Positions 52,353-64,000 of a DNA stretch of 64,000 nt are shown one piece after another. A model generated the notes under the pieces. It was not told where the DNA came from, searched no databases, and saw nothing but the letters and a program-made list of their open reading frames with translations. How positions within the stretch are numbered: position 1 is the stretch's first letter; every line of letters starts with the position of its first letter. The stretch is from Hypanus sabinus (Eukaryota), in the NCBI RefSeq assembly GCF_030144855.1, contig NC_082731.1:21452001-21516000 (forward strand). The letters run 5' to 3'. The position numbers were made by a program, and so were the translations under genes.

Positions 52353-52961
52353 CCTGTTAAACAATGATTCTGTTTAATTAGAAGTAGATTTCCAATATTA
52401 GAAACAAGAACTGTAATATCCCTTCCAGGATTCGTTTCATGAACCAATTGATAGTACGATAGTTTATCAACACTATTCCACAGCAACGCATTTGTGATCA
52501 AACGTAATTTCCTGAGTGTTGTTCTTCCTGTGTTCTCTAATGAAATTTGTTAACGTGTGTTTTTTTTTTCTTGTGAGTGTGGCATAAATGAGACTGTGTC
52601 TGACAGATATGATTGCAGATAGCTTGATTTTTTTTTCAGTTTCCTTACATCCATGCATTTCCATTTACATACCAATATCCTCTTGTTCTTCATTTTGATA
52701 AATTAGTTTTATTCACATTTATGAACCTATGAATAGTTGTCGTCTTTTCACAGAGGTGGGGGAGGGGGAAAATAATCGTGAATAATTTCATCAGTGAGCA
52801 GCACGGCCCGAAGTCGAACATAATTAATTCCATGGTCCGAAAAAAAAATACAAACGCAATCGAGAATAAAGTCATCATTTTATTTGGGAGTGCAAATGTG
52901 TGTACCCATTTTTACAGTGTCCAATAGCCTGGGTTAACCACAGATGGATATAGCTGACTGG

Positions 52962-53536
52962 TGTAGCGTATCTGCCCCCAATTTACCCATGTTTCCTAAG
53001 GTCAGCCGCAGTCGAACAGCCAACAGTACAAGACTTCGGGTTATATAAGATGTAATGCCCCCCCCCCCAAAGCCGCTACATTAAAGGCGAGTAAATAATT
53101 ACAAATTTATAATTATTTCTTCATGAAGAGTTAGTATAAATAGATAAACTAAAGGCGCCAAATGAATAAGTTTATCAGTTTGTGCACAAAACATTTTAAT
53201 ACTTTGGAGCACAGACCTCAGGTTCCATCCACCTTCCGAGCCTTCAGCCACCATCCGAATCACTGACATCCAGTATCGCCGCCCTGGAAACGCTGCCTAC
53301 TCCTCACACGTCCGTCGTCCTCGGTCGCCTCCCGAAAAAATCCGCGATCTCCAGCTCAGCTCATACATACAACATAGCATAACAATTCTCCATTGGTTAC
53401 TTTTCCCCTTACCTGCGGTTACAACCCAAACATTCCAACTACAGAAACCCAGTACAGCAATAAGTGGCATTACAGAGAAGTCATTTTGTTAGACTGAACA
53501 GTTAACACCCCAGTTAAAGGTACTGAGAGCCCTACA
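52962..53536 (-). mobile_element. Solo LTR (575 bp) with 4-bp TSD CTGG
   Basis: Termini TGTAG...CTACA; CTGG at 52958-52961 and 53537-53540. Strand inferred from the CCAAT motif. Confidence 0.85.
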
Positions 53537-53849
53537 CTGGTTATATTGCATGAATCTTCAATGACGGACTGTTGGATATTTCCCACATTAACTGGACCTG
53601 CGACGTGAAAGTGCTTATATTACAGGGTGTGTTCTCCAGACAACCTCCTAAATGTGCTCAGCGGAGTGTGTTGCTGTAATTTGTATCGTGGTAGTTGACA
53701 GAGTTATTTCTCTGTACGTCTATACTTCGCTGATTACAAATTGCGTATTTTGTTGAACTCAATGATTCATTACATAAAATATTCAAAGGATTGTTGGAGT
53801 CAGCCGATCTATTGCTTGCGGTTGGTATTCGGGCACTTTCAACTGTCAA

Positions 53850-54540
53850 AAACAAGAGAAAAGTTGCAGCTGATGGAAATCCAGCAACAGACACAATACC
53901 GGAGGTACCTAGCACCAGGCAGAGTCCATGGAAAGATACACGATATATTCGACGTATGGGGCCGAGACGTTTAGGCAGGGCTGGTAAAAGAAAGGATGAG
54001 AAATGGATTCAAAGAGTGGGAACAGGAGATAGAAATGCAGTTTGATCGTTAATATCGGGAGGGGGAAGGATGAATAAAAGAGGAAATAAGCTGAATAGTG
54101 GAAGAAATACTTGAGAAGTGGAATCTAATAGGGGAGAACAGAAGGCCATGGAAGAAAGAAAAGTGTGGAGGCTTGCCAGAGGGAGACAATCGGCAGTTAA
54201 AGGGTGAGACAGGAAAATGGGTTGGGGAATGGCGAAGGAGATGGGGGTACATAACCAGAACTTCGAGAAATCGACGTTCATGCCATCTATTTGGAGTCCA
54301 CCTAGATGGAATATAAGGTGTTCCTTCTCCGACCTGACAGTAGAGGATGCCATGATTAGCATTTTGCAATGAGAATGGGAAGTAGTCTTAAAATATGTGG
54401 CCGATGGGAGATTCCACTTATCTTAGCGGATGAATCATATGCGCACGGCGAAGCGACCTCCCAATCTACGTCGTGTCTCGCCCGATATGAAGGAGGTCAC
54501 ATCAGCAGCACCAGACACAGCCCTACAGACAGACTGCGCT
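53850..54540 (-). mobile_element. Penelope-like element, GIY-YIG C-terminal fragment plus 3' end
   Basis: 'SEKEHLIFHLGGLQIDGMNVDFSKF' (54049-54369) and decayed 'LLHIGRDT...' upstream. Confidence 0.8.
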
Positions 54541-54604
54541 CGTGTCGCCGCAACTGATGGGCCGTTCAGACTGCTGAATGTTAGTGACGAAGATAGTTAG
54601 GGGA

Positions 54605-55330
54605 TGGTAAGAGGAACAACAGGTGTACTTGCTCCATACACCTCCTCCAACATTCCGATTCAGGGTCCCAAACAGTCCTTCCAAGTGTAGCAACACTTCA
54701 CCTGATGAGTGTGTTGGGTTCATATTCCGTGCTCGGTGCTCCCTGTCTGATCTTCTGTATATCGATACCACGTAACAGAGATTGTCAGACTACTTTGCTG
54801 ATCAGCTATGCTCCCTACGCCAGCAGAGGCAGCATCTCCTAGTGGTCACCCATTTATATCCTAATTTTATCCCCAGTCCAATATGTCAATCCATGTCCTC
54901 TTCTACTGTCGCGATGAAGCTACACTCAGGTTGGAGCAACAACAATTTATATTTCTCTTGGGTAGCCTTAAAATTTATGGCATGTTCGTGTATTTCTCGA
55001 ACTTCGGGTAATTCTCCAAAACCCTTCTCAATCACTATTTCTCACTGCTTTACCTCTTTTCTCATCTTATCTGGTTGAATGTAAATGTCTACTTCTGATG
55101 CGTCTCGCTCGTCCGTTTATCATTCTGCACTGACCTTCTGGATTTTCCATTCATCAGCCCTGCTTCTCTTTCACTAATCAGCTTCCCAGTTTCTCACTTC
55201 ATTCTTCCCCCCTGCAGGTTTCATCGATCCTCTTTTCCACTTTTTCACAATGTTTTTTTTTCCGTCCAGTGCCGCAGAAATGTCTGTGTGCTCGGTCCAA
55301 TGTTGTCCACTCCGCTGAACTAAGATGGTG
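54605..55330 (+). mobile_element. Penelope-like element GIY-YIG fragment, opposite orientation
   Basis: attcagggtcccaaacagtccttccaagtg...cacttcacctg and ggagcaacaacaatttatatttctcttggg (EQQQFIFLLG). Confidence 0.8.
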
Positions 55331-55339
55331 CAGCAACAC

Positions 55340-56305
55340 ACAGCTCAAATCACATCATCATGTTTGCCGATGACGTGAAGTTCTGGGTCTCATCAGCAAG
55401 AACCACGAGTCAGCATACAGAGAGGATGTGCAGCGACTAACGGACTGGTCCAGTGCCAACAGCCTGTCTGTCGATGTGAACAAAACAAAAAACGATGCAT
55501 TTTTGACTTCAGGAGGGAACGGAACAACCAGTCTCCGGTGAATATCAAAGGTTCCACCGTAGCCATCGTTACGAGCTTCAAATATCTTGCTGTTCACTTA
55601 GCGAAACATCGCGCCTGATCTCTCAATGTGAGCTCCATTGCAAAAGAAAAACAGCAGAGTCATTCTTTTCTGCGAAAGCTAAGAAATGCCCATATTCCAC
55701 CCCTTCATCCTCACCACAGAGGTTGTATTGAGAGCATCCTGAGCAGCTGCTTCATTGCATGATTCGGGAATTGCACCGTCTCGGATTTCAAGACCCTCCA
55801 GCGGATTGTGAGGTCAGCTGCGAAGGTAATCGGGGTCTCTCTTCCCGCTATTACAGACATTTACGCCACATGCTGCATCAGCAAAACAAACAGCATTATG
55901 AATGACCCCACGCACCCCTCATGCAAACTCTTCTACCTCCTCCCATCTGGCAAAAGGCATCGAAGCAGTCAAGCTCTCAGGACCAGACCGTGTCACAGTG
56001 TCTTCCCCCAACCTTCAAACTCCTCAATTCGCAGAGCTTAGACTGACACTAATCAATTGTCATCTACTGTGCCTTTCTTTTGATTGTAATCCTTATTATT
56101 TATTGCACTGCCTGCATGATTTTTCTGCACTTTATGCGGTTCTATGTTGGTCTGTAATCTAGTATAGTTTTCGTGTTACTTTACGTACTTTCAGCGTAGC
56201 TTTTTTTTTGTTAGTTATAGCACCCTGGTCGTTAAAAATATTGACACATTTTTCTCGATACTGTACCAGCAAATAAGTTGCAAATGACGAAAATAATCGA
56301 CTTGA
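55340..56305 (+). mobile_element. Rex1/Babar LINE 3' end, same family as 45265-46580
   Basis: 'FADD', 'AYREDVQRLTDW', matching 3' UTR and gacttga tail. Confidence 0.88.
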
Positions 56306-57049
56306 ATTGGCGCCGACAGTAGATTTTCTTTCCTAGAGTTCCTCGAGCATTTTCTGTAAGTTGCTTTAAATTTGTTGCAGTCTGCAGCAAAGTCTTGCCA
56401 AGGCAAATAATTGAATAATACAAACACAGTAAGAGTGTCAAAATCATGACGTAGTCTTAATAAATATCATACTCTCCGAGACAATGTTGAATAAATCGAG
56501 TAATGAAAACAATCAAATCATATTAAAAACTATTAAGAGCGTGATACATACAGAGAGGAAGCTTTAAGCAGCACAAATATTGACCCTTCTGCATAACTCC
56601 TAGTTGTCGAAATACAGAACTGCCTCCACTTGCCGACTTGCCTATGTTTGCTTCACAGATCTACACAACTGTTTTGTTAGTGGGAGATGTGAGGATGCCA
56701 TGCAAGCATCGTAAGTGTAGAAATCATTAGCATCTAATAGAACGTTGTTGCATATGAACATACACTGAAGATTCCCATACATATCCTGAATAATAAGGCA
56801 GAAATATGTGAGCTGTTTCAGATATTATTAAGAAGTGTTCATAATTTTTCTCCATAAAAAGGAACAAAGTCTATTTATTCTCAACGCCTTTACCTCCATA
56901 AAATCATTTTACCCTCCCGCTTTCATTTTAGGCAGCTGTTTAATTATAAATGTGTTGTATGAAAATTCAGGTGTCTTCGTGAAATGCAGCATCATAGTGC
57001 AGGTTTTTGCACATTTGGAGATGTGGACAGGTAAAATGGAGCTTAACCA

Positions 57050-58400
57050 ATGAAACTGCAAAAGCTATAATACGTTGAGCGGAGACGGAAACATCTCCTG
57101 CATCCTTCGGAGTGATTCCATAGATTGCCGTAAGTGAATTAGCTCGTAGGTCCAAACCTATGACTTTGGATAAGGTTATAACAACATCTCTACAAAAAAT
57201 ATTTAACTTTATACAAGAGCAAAGCATATGAGTTAAGGTAACCACCTCAGCATTGCATCGGTTACAGGTAGGAGTTAGATTAGAAAGAAAATATGTGCTA
57301 GTTTATCTTTTGACAAATGTGCCCGACCCTGTGCACGACCTTGAACTGAATGAAGGAGTGACGGGAGCAGATGGATGAACTGTTAACTAAATGATAAATT
57401 TTATTCCATTGATCATCTGAAAGTGACTCCCGAAGCTCCACTTCTCAAGCACGTTTAACCTTATCATTGGACATCGTTCGTAAATTCATCAGCATATCAA
57501 TCCTTTTTGAGATTGTTTAAGCTGAAAAATAACATCTATCATATTTGGTAAATAAGCAAATGAATAGATCAGTAATAAATCTCGTAGAAATTTTCTAACT
57601 TGTAAATACCTAAATATCGCGTTGGATATATCATATTTATCCACGAGGTGTGAAAAATATATTAAACAAATTTCTAAAAGCAAATCTATAAAAGATTTAA
57701 TCCCTTTTTATCATATTAAAAAGGCCTTATCCAGTAATGCTGCTTTTAAAAAATGCTAAGATGGATATTTCTAGAGAGAGCAAAGTTATTCAAATCAAAA
57801 TAACTGCGAAACTAAAACCGAAATTTTAATGTATGTCTAAAAATGGGACTAAAATCGTGTCTACCAATCCTCGAAAACAAAATAAGGAAGAAGATCTACC
57901 AGTAAGGAAGCCGAGGAATACCTTTTTACCGAGCTCTCCTCCAAGTCTAACGATCTATTTTCATTCATATTAAGTTCACTTTTGTTATTTGCTTTCTCGT
58001 CTTTTTTTTAGTTAATCTTTGATAGCCCGTTAAAATACATTCCCAAACACAGGCTTGCAGCTATTCTTCACAATATTATACACCGATTATCTTATTCTTG
58101 GTATTCCTTTCCCTTTGGTTAGCTAGAGATGGATCTCTTTCTTATGTTGAATCCTTAAGTCTCTTCAAGATACATACCTTTGTTGATAACTATAAAATAA
58201 TTCTTGAAATGTCTGTTGCTGTTCAACTATCATAATCATTTGTAATCCAGATTTATATTGCACCTAACCCATGTTTTCCTTTGTGCTTTTGTAATTGTCG
58301 TTATTTAATCTTAAGGCTTTGTTCTCTTGGGCTGATGTTACAGTTGTGCTTTTTGAGAACAAGGAAACTTTGATTTATTCTTCACTGAACATCACAGAAT
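57050..58400 (-). mobile_element. L1 ORF2 C-terminal relic
   Basis: 'HMLCSCIKLNIFCRDVVITLS...LTAIYGI...IIAFAV' and 'LVDKYDISNAIFRYLQVRKFL'. Confidence 0.8.
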
Positions 58401-58439
58401 TGTACAATCAAGTTATTAGCAGAAACAATGCACATCTTT

Positions 58440-58640
58440 AACTCCCCTCCACTCGCCATTTCCTACAAGGATTGCTCCCTTCTTGATTCCCTTGTCCATT
58501 CATTCCTCCCCACTGATCTCCCTCCCGAAACGTATCCCTGCAAATGACAGAAATCTACACCTGCCCATTCAACTACATTCTGGGCCCCAAATAGTCCTTC
58601 TAAGTGAGGTAACGCTTCACCTGCGAGTCTACCCTGATTA
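58440..58640 (+). mobile_element. Short Penelope-like fragment
   Basis: gattcccttgtccattcattcctccccactgatctccctcc...gggccccaaatagtcc. Confidence 0.65.
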
Positions 58641-59149
58641 TTTACACGGTAAATTCAAAAATTAATATAACGAATATTAATTGCCCAATAGTAAAATCTA
58701 CAGTTTGGTAACGAAAGCCAATCCTCCAAGTTTTTTTTTTTGTTATTTGAAATAAAGATTTACTGATACTAGAAGTCTTATTATTCCAGATATATGACAG
58801 TTTCTATCCTTATTCGCACAAAAGCAAATCATCAGAAGTAATTCGACTCTTACCATCAGCATTCGCAGTACAGAATCACAGTCTGGTAGCTGCATCTGAG
58901 CAGAGCGTTTCAGTGACATAATCTCCATGATTATGATCAGAAAGAGAGGTAAATATTTAATTTATGATAATATTGGACCACATTGTTTTCTGAATATTAG
59001 CCTGAGGATATTGTAGGAAAGTAGAGGAAATGTGCATGGAATACTTAACTGTGACATTTGCTCCATATCGATTCCAGGTGACAAGGGTTCGCATTTTGAC
59101 TCAGTTAATGGGTCGTCCTACTTTTTCCGCAACCAACTACTTGCACGCT

Positions 59150-59602
59150 TCAGAATGTTCTCGGTACCAGTGTCGATACCGACGGTGACGTGACGAATAT
59201 CGATCGAGGTGAATGCCACCAAACGGAAATTCTCTCACGATCCAATATTTTATTCAAACCCTACAAATCATCCATAACCTAAAGTGGAACAGTCATTGTG
59301 AAATATAGAGGAGTGCCTCCGTTTATGGAACTGAGTGGATAGGAAACTCGGGTGAATCGCAAGAATATCTCTATAACTTCACTGCAGTCAAGATAACTTA
59401 AAGTGAAATTGCAATTGTGATCTGAACAGTGGCAGACGCAAAACTAATTAGAATCACCATGGGTGTAATCTGCAAAATCAAAGTAAAAAATGCAAGTTGA
59501 GATTAGCACATGATTCTTTTTCGACCAATGTTCAAGAAATAATTGCAATCCAAAATTATTATACACGAGCAATACCAAGCAATATTCCGGCACAACAGTC
59601 AT
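59150..59602 (-). pseudogene. Possible highly decayed TCR V pseudogene
   Basis: MTVVPEYCLVLL; acceptor tttgattttgcag|AT at 59470; YTHGDS; GTTCAGATC..AATTGCAATTTC (VQI/NCNF); CTGCAGTGA..TATAGA..TCACCCGAGTTT (LQ*..YR..SPEF); ERISV; DTGT. Needs several indels; no RSS. Confidence 0.4.
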
Positions 59603-60608
59603 AGTTGACCCTCTGCTCTGCACAAAGAGCCGAGGGATTTGATCGTGCTCTCTCAAAAACCTTCCAACATTCATCTGCTCGCATTCATCATGATGCTCTT
59701 ACAGGGAAAACGAATGTATGCTTCTCTCTCGTTCCCAACACATTTCCGTTTCTCAGTATTGCTGATTTTCATTGTTTGCATTATTCAGTGAATATTTCAG
59801 CCGAGCTGTTAAACTCCGACATACACTCATCCCACATCCATAATTATATAGCTTGCATCTTGAAAGAGAAATGAAACGCCTGAAAAATATGCAATAATGC
59901 AGGCTGTCAATGAAGTGAACCAACAGCACCAGAGACAACGATACAATAAAGGGGAGAGTGTGACAGAGCAAACATGACGGACGGAATCTGAAATAGCAGA
60001 ATTGACCAATGGGAAGCAAACTATAAATCAATGCTGAACCTTGTCAAATATAAATATCACAATTACTTCAATAGAAATCTATAGAAGGAATAGCTTCCGG
60101 ACGTTAACTGAGGAAGATGTAATGTTCCCTCGGTCTATCCGCAAAATGAATTTTCGGGAAAAAGTGGCACGTGAGCGAAGATGGTGAAAATGATGCAAAC
60201 TCAGAAAGGGACCGCGGCATCTGGAGGAAAACTAAAAGAACAGTCATCACTTCAGATCTTACATTTTGTGCATAATTAACCTTCTAACATACTTAAGCTC
60301 ATTACTTTCTGTGGTATAGGCAGCTGGCAGCAGCTCGGAAGGATTTTCCACCCTGAACTAATCATTCAGGGCAACCATTCTCCTCGTATCCGTGGCCCTC
60401 TTGGAGCTCAGCTTAACTCTTTTTTTTTCATCTGGCCTCTTCAGTTCTAGTCTCAGGCCTACCGCATCGGACTGTCAATGGCCAAATTGTTTCCTTCCCT
60501 CTATCCCTATCCTTCTATTGTGTAACACTTATCCAGCAGACTGGTATATGTCTAGGGGAAAAGGAGATCCAGCCACTCACCAACCCCACCTCCCGTACAC
60601 GCAGGTGC

Positions 60609-61127
60609 TGTGAGGATCATGGTTTCGCCGCGCGCACACACACCAACTGAAACTCACAGCAGATACCGTTATTAAATACACTTTAAAGATTTTACTAAAA
60701 CTAAAAGAGTACTCTGTATTACAATATATATGAAGGAAAAGAAAATAAAGTAAAAGGCGCCAACTTATCAAAGTTCTGTCAGTTTAGTGCACATCGTTGG
60801 AGCTCAGCCATCGAACCATTAGACCCCTTGTCACTTTCCTCGACCTCCACATTCTTGCACCTGGGACCACCCTTGTAGTCAATCGAGCAGTGCAGCGCAA
60901 GTCCACCTTCCTCGGCGTCTTCTTCATGACTCCCCTGAAAAGACAGCGAAAACCCCAACGCTCCCAGACTCACAAGTCAAAATAACATTCCCCATTGGTC
61001 AACAAATGAATACAATCCCGGTATCAGCAAGTCTAAAGCTAACAAACTTCGAGAGAAAGCACTTATCATACAAGGAATCATTCCTACTCGTAACAAAAGA
61101 AAGAAGCCATTTTGATTAACATACACA
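60609..61127 (-). mobile_element. Solo LTR (519 bp) with 4-bp TSD GTGC
   Basis: Termini TGTG...CACA; GTGC at 60605-60608 and 61128-61131; shares aaaggcgccaa...tcagttt..tgcaca with the 52962 LTR. Confidence 0.82.
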
Positions 61128-62010
61128 GTGCATTGTACATTTGGTATGCACATCTTATTCTTCTCACGTAATGCTGGCTTTGATGTATTGACAGCTCCAA
61201 GATCAGTAAATGATGGGAGACTGCGCTTGACTGCTGGGGAATACACCTATGTTATACAGTGGATTGCGAAATACGTTCAGCTGAGTGCCGGATATGTTGT
61301 AAGAAAACCACAGTCATGCACATAACAATATTGCAAGATATGTGACACATGTAGTAATAATTGATATAAACTGTGTAAATTTCATGGCCAACTATCTTGG
61401 AAAGTATAAGCTTCAGCAAACGTTCATGTCACCATACAAACCAACATATTCTCCTACTTTGCCATGATAGTGGATTCTAAATGATAACAATAGTGTACAA
61501 GAGAGATTCTGCAGATTCTGAAAATCCAAGCAAGATGCTGTGTCATTATGGTGGATTTGAAGTCTGTGCCTATATACGTCGTTATCTGTCCAATACTTCA
61601 TGAACAGGTTGCAAAGCACAATGACATTGCTTGTACCATAGCTGCGAACAGATCTACGAAATAACTGATATAGTTTCTTATACTAGACATTCAGAGATAA
61701 TGCTCCAGTGCAGAAGGTGTTTCAGTCTTCCTGAACTCCAAGAAGTATCTCAGAGATTCCCTAATCCAGGCTTGTGCAAATCCATACCATTGGATTTCAT
61801 CACATCGTTGGAATAATACTGTTTTCACTAACGCTCTTCCCAGTTCTTTCCAGAAAATTTGAACATCGAATAAATATTTATTGCTCAGGTTCTGGTTGCC
61901 AAAACGAATCGTGCTTCACTTTTTGATGAAACTTGCAAGGAACAGTATTTTTCATTTGAAGACACAGCTTTGCCGAACGCATCATTTATAGAACAAAGAC
62001 TGCTAGTTTA

Positions 62011-62649
62011 TGTAAGAGCTTCTCTTTCATATTAACAGCTAAGGCTAATAAAATGGGTTTTCTTTAGTTTTATAAGGAAATGTGTTCTCTGTAGTGTTAA
62101 CTGCTGAGGGAATGGGTTTTCTGTAGCAGCATGTTTGGGTTATAGGTAAAGATAATGGGAATTTGTTATTCAATGCTAAACAATGGAAGAAATGTTATTC
62201 TTTCTTGTCTGTGTGGAAGGTGCTAGTTTTAGCGGGCTTCGAGGAGAAAGCGCAAGGAGGATGAAGTTAGATTACGCGACTTGAGGAGTCGTTGGGTTGC
62301 CCGACAATCTGTGCTCTTGGTCGGAGCCCAGAGGACGCCGACGATCGAAGTAGGATCAGTGAAGGACAATCCGTGAGCTTGAACGGTTTGTGCACTGGAC
62401 AGTTTAGTAAGATTATTGGCTGCTTTTATTTAATGTTTTATTTCTCTATTGGTCTCATAGTCAAAGCAGGATTTATAAAATCTTGCTTTTCTACTTGCTT
62501 ATTGTGTAACCTTTTTTTATTTCGGGGAATTGATCTCACACAGGGGACACATCATGCAGCTTTCACCCGAACCGGCGTTTTAACGTTGGACCGGGAAGAA
62601 GGATCTTTACCCCCCCGAGATTATGCCACTAGGCAATGTGAGTGTTATA
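62011..62649 (+). mobile_element. Solo LTR (639 bp) with 4-bp TSD TTTA, opposite orientation
   Basis: TGTAA...TTATA (terminal CA changed to TA); TTTA at 62007-62010 and 62650-62653; shares gtgttaactg, tttctgtag..atgtttgggtt and tttgtgcac with the reverse complement of the 52962 LTR. Confidence 0.75.
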
Positions 62650-63089
62650 TTTAGAAATGTGTCTGACTACCAAAGAGATATGGGAACCACACTGATGTGA
62701 GCAAGAAACTCAGAAACATGTGTCAGTCATTTGGCCACAGTATGTTCAGGTTTACTTGCAATACACGTGCATAAAGAGAGTCATCTATGTTCGCAGTAAT
62801 TTGAGATGCGTGTAAACCTTGATTCCATAAATTACGAAAGGTTATGCATGTGTGGGTTTGTCTTATGGGAGTCCGCACTCCATGAAATGAAAATCATTTC
62901 AATTAATAGCAAAACAGTATAAGAAAAAGAAAGCATTGAGAGCTGTTAGAAATGGCCAGAACCAGGCAGAAATAAGAACAACGTTTCCTCCCTCAGCATT
63001 ATTCTTTTTTATTTTTTCCGACGGCAATTATTCGGCTGCATCTCTGATGTTCTCCTTCATATCGTTTGGAATTCAAATACAAATGGTCT

Positions 63090-64000
63090 GGGAGAAGAAA
63101 AAGCATCTTGTGGTCCTAGGGGATTCGTCAGCTAGTGTTCAAAACAGGGGAGTTGGTGGGCGAAAACGAGATTCCCGGATGCTCTGCTGGCTGGCGGGTG
63201 CCAGGGTCCAGGATATTGTCCGATCAAGTCCTCAGCATTATTAATTAGGAAAGTGAAAAACCTGAATCCATGAACCATTTATGTACCAACGACATGGGTA
63301 GGACAAGTGTGGGTTTCAGTATAGGGAGTTCGGGAATTTATGTGCTGAATTAAAGGACAGTACCTCCAAGGTTTTTTTCTCAGGACTGCTGTCCGTGCTG
63401 AGTGCTACCCAGTATAGAACCATCAAAATTATGCAGTTTAATATGTAAGAAAGAATTGGGTTGGAGCGTAATACTTTTCTTTCATCGGCCATTTTTCAAG
63501 GGATGGAGGACTTGTACAGAGGGGACGGTTTACACCTGTACTGTTGGAGAATTAATGTCCTAGCAGAGAAAAAAAATTGTAACTGCTGCACGGTGCGTTT
63601 GAAACTGGTGTTGCATTGTGTTATCAACCACTGTGCCAGTATAGTTCGGATACAGTGTGTCGGCAGATCATAATACGACAGGAAAATAAATTAGGAATCA
63701 TAAGTATGAGCATGGTGTGAGACAGTCGAAAGGTTGACTAAAGGAATGAAGATGTTGTTTCTCAATGTGCGCAGAATATCTAGTAAGCATTGTGAATGAC
63801 AGTCAAGATGCAGTGGCCATTACGGGACGATGGCTGAAAGAATACAGGTTGGAGCATTAAGCAAGGCTACATATTTTTTCCAAACGATAGGCAGGGATGC
63901 AGATGGAGCGGCTTTGCTGTGTACGTAAAAATGATATCAAATTGTTGGAATCATTACGTTTACAGGAAGCACGTTGCCAGCAAATTACAACGGCCTTTGA
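63090..64000 (+). mobile_element. Old CR1 ORF1 esterase region and ORF2 start
   Basis: 'LVVLGDS...RKRDSRMLCWLAGARVQDIV'; decayed 'FLNVRRI' and 'AVAITGRWL' endonuclease start. Confidence 0.8.

Noticed and set aside
56232-56447. ORF 'MILTLLLCLYYSIICLGKTLLQ...' resembling leader plus FR1
   Set aside because: No intron, Cys misplaced by 5 residues, runs into a Rex1 tail, and no V continuation beyond the insertions.
61124-61130. Perfect CACAGTG heptamer (plus strand)
   Set aside because: Created by the LTR end (CACA) plus TSD (GTG); no nonamer at 12 or 23 bp.
1-64000. CRISPR arrays, rRNA/tRNA genes, prokaryotic defence or operon systems, TCR D/J/C, IgH-like V or NAR-TCR segments
   Set aside because: None seen; the sequence is eukaryotic, intron-containing and TE-rich, and no paired 12/23 RSS or FGxG J was found by eye.

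Overview
Vertebrate genomic DNA, most likely a cartilaginous fish (probably a ray or skate; inferred from the repeat families and V-gene style). The window is mostly retroelement debris: CR1, Rex1/Babar, L1/Tx1, Penelope-like, Gypsy, one class I ERV pol, three solo LTRs with target-site duplications and a Tc1 fragment. Its genic content is part of a T-cell receptor alpha/delta variable-gene array on the minus strand. Two V segments are structurally intact (leader exon, short intron, V exon, 23-bp-spacer RSS): V1 at 27894-28381 and V2 at 50031-50573. V2 has Leu in place of the near-invariant Ig-fold Trp41 and carries an extra Cys. There are also several degenerate V-like relics of varying credibility, the best at 46906-47397 and about 59150-59602. 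No D, J or C segment was found; by orientation they should lie left of the window. A 4.1-kb old CR1-derived unit occurs twice (17.5-25.8 kb, interrupted by younger CR1s, and 33.5-37.7 kb). I see no evidence for a wholly new system; the strongest novelty candidate is the non-canonical V2. V-gene, RSS and LTR coordinates were read base by base; other TE boundaries are approximate (about +/-50-100 bp). Family assignments come from motif recall, not database searches.
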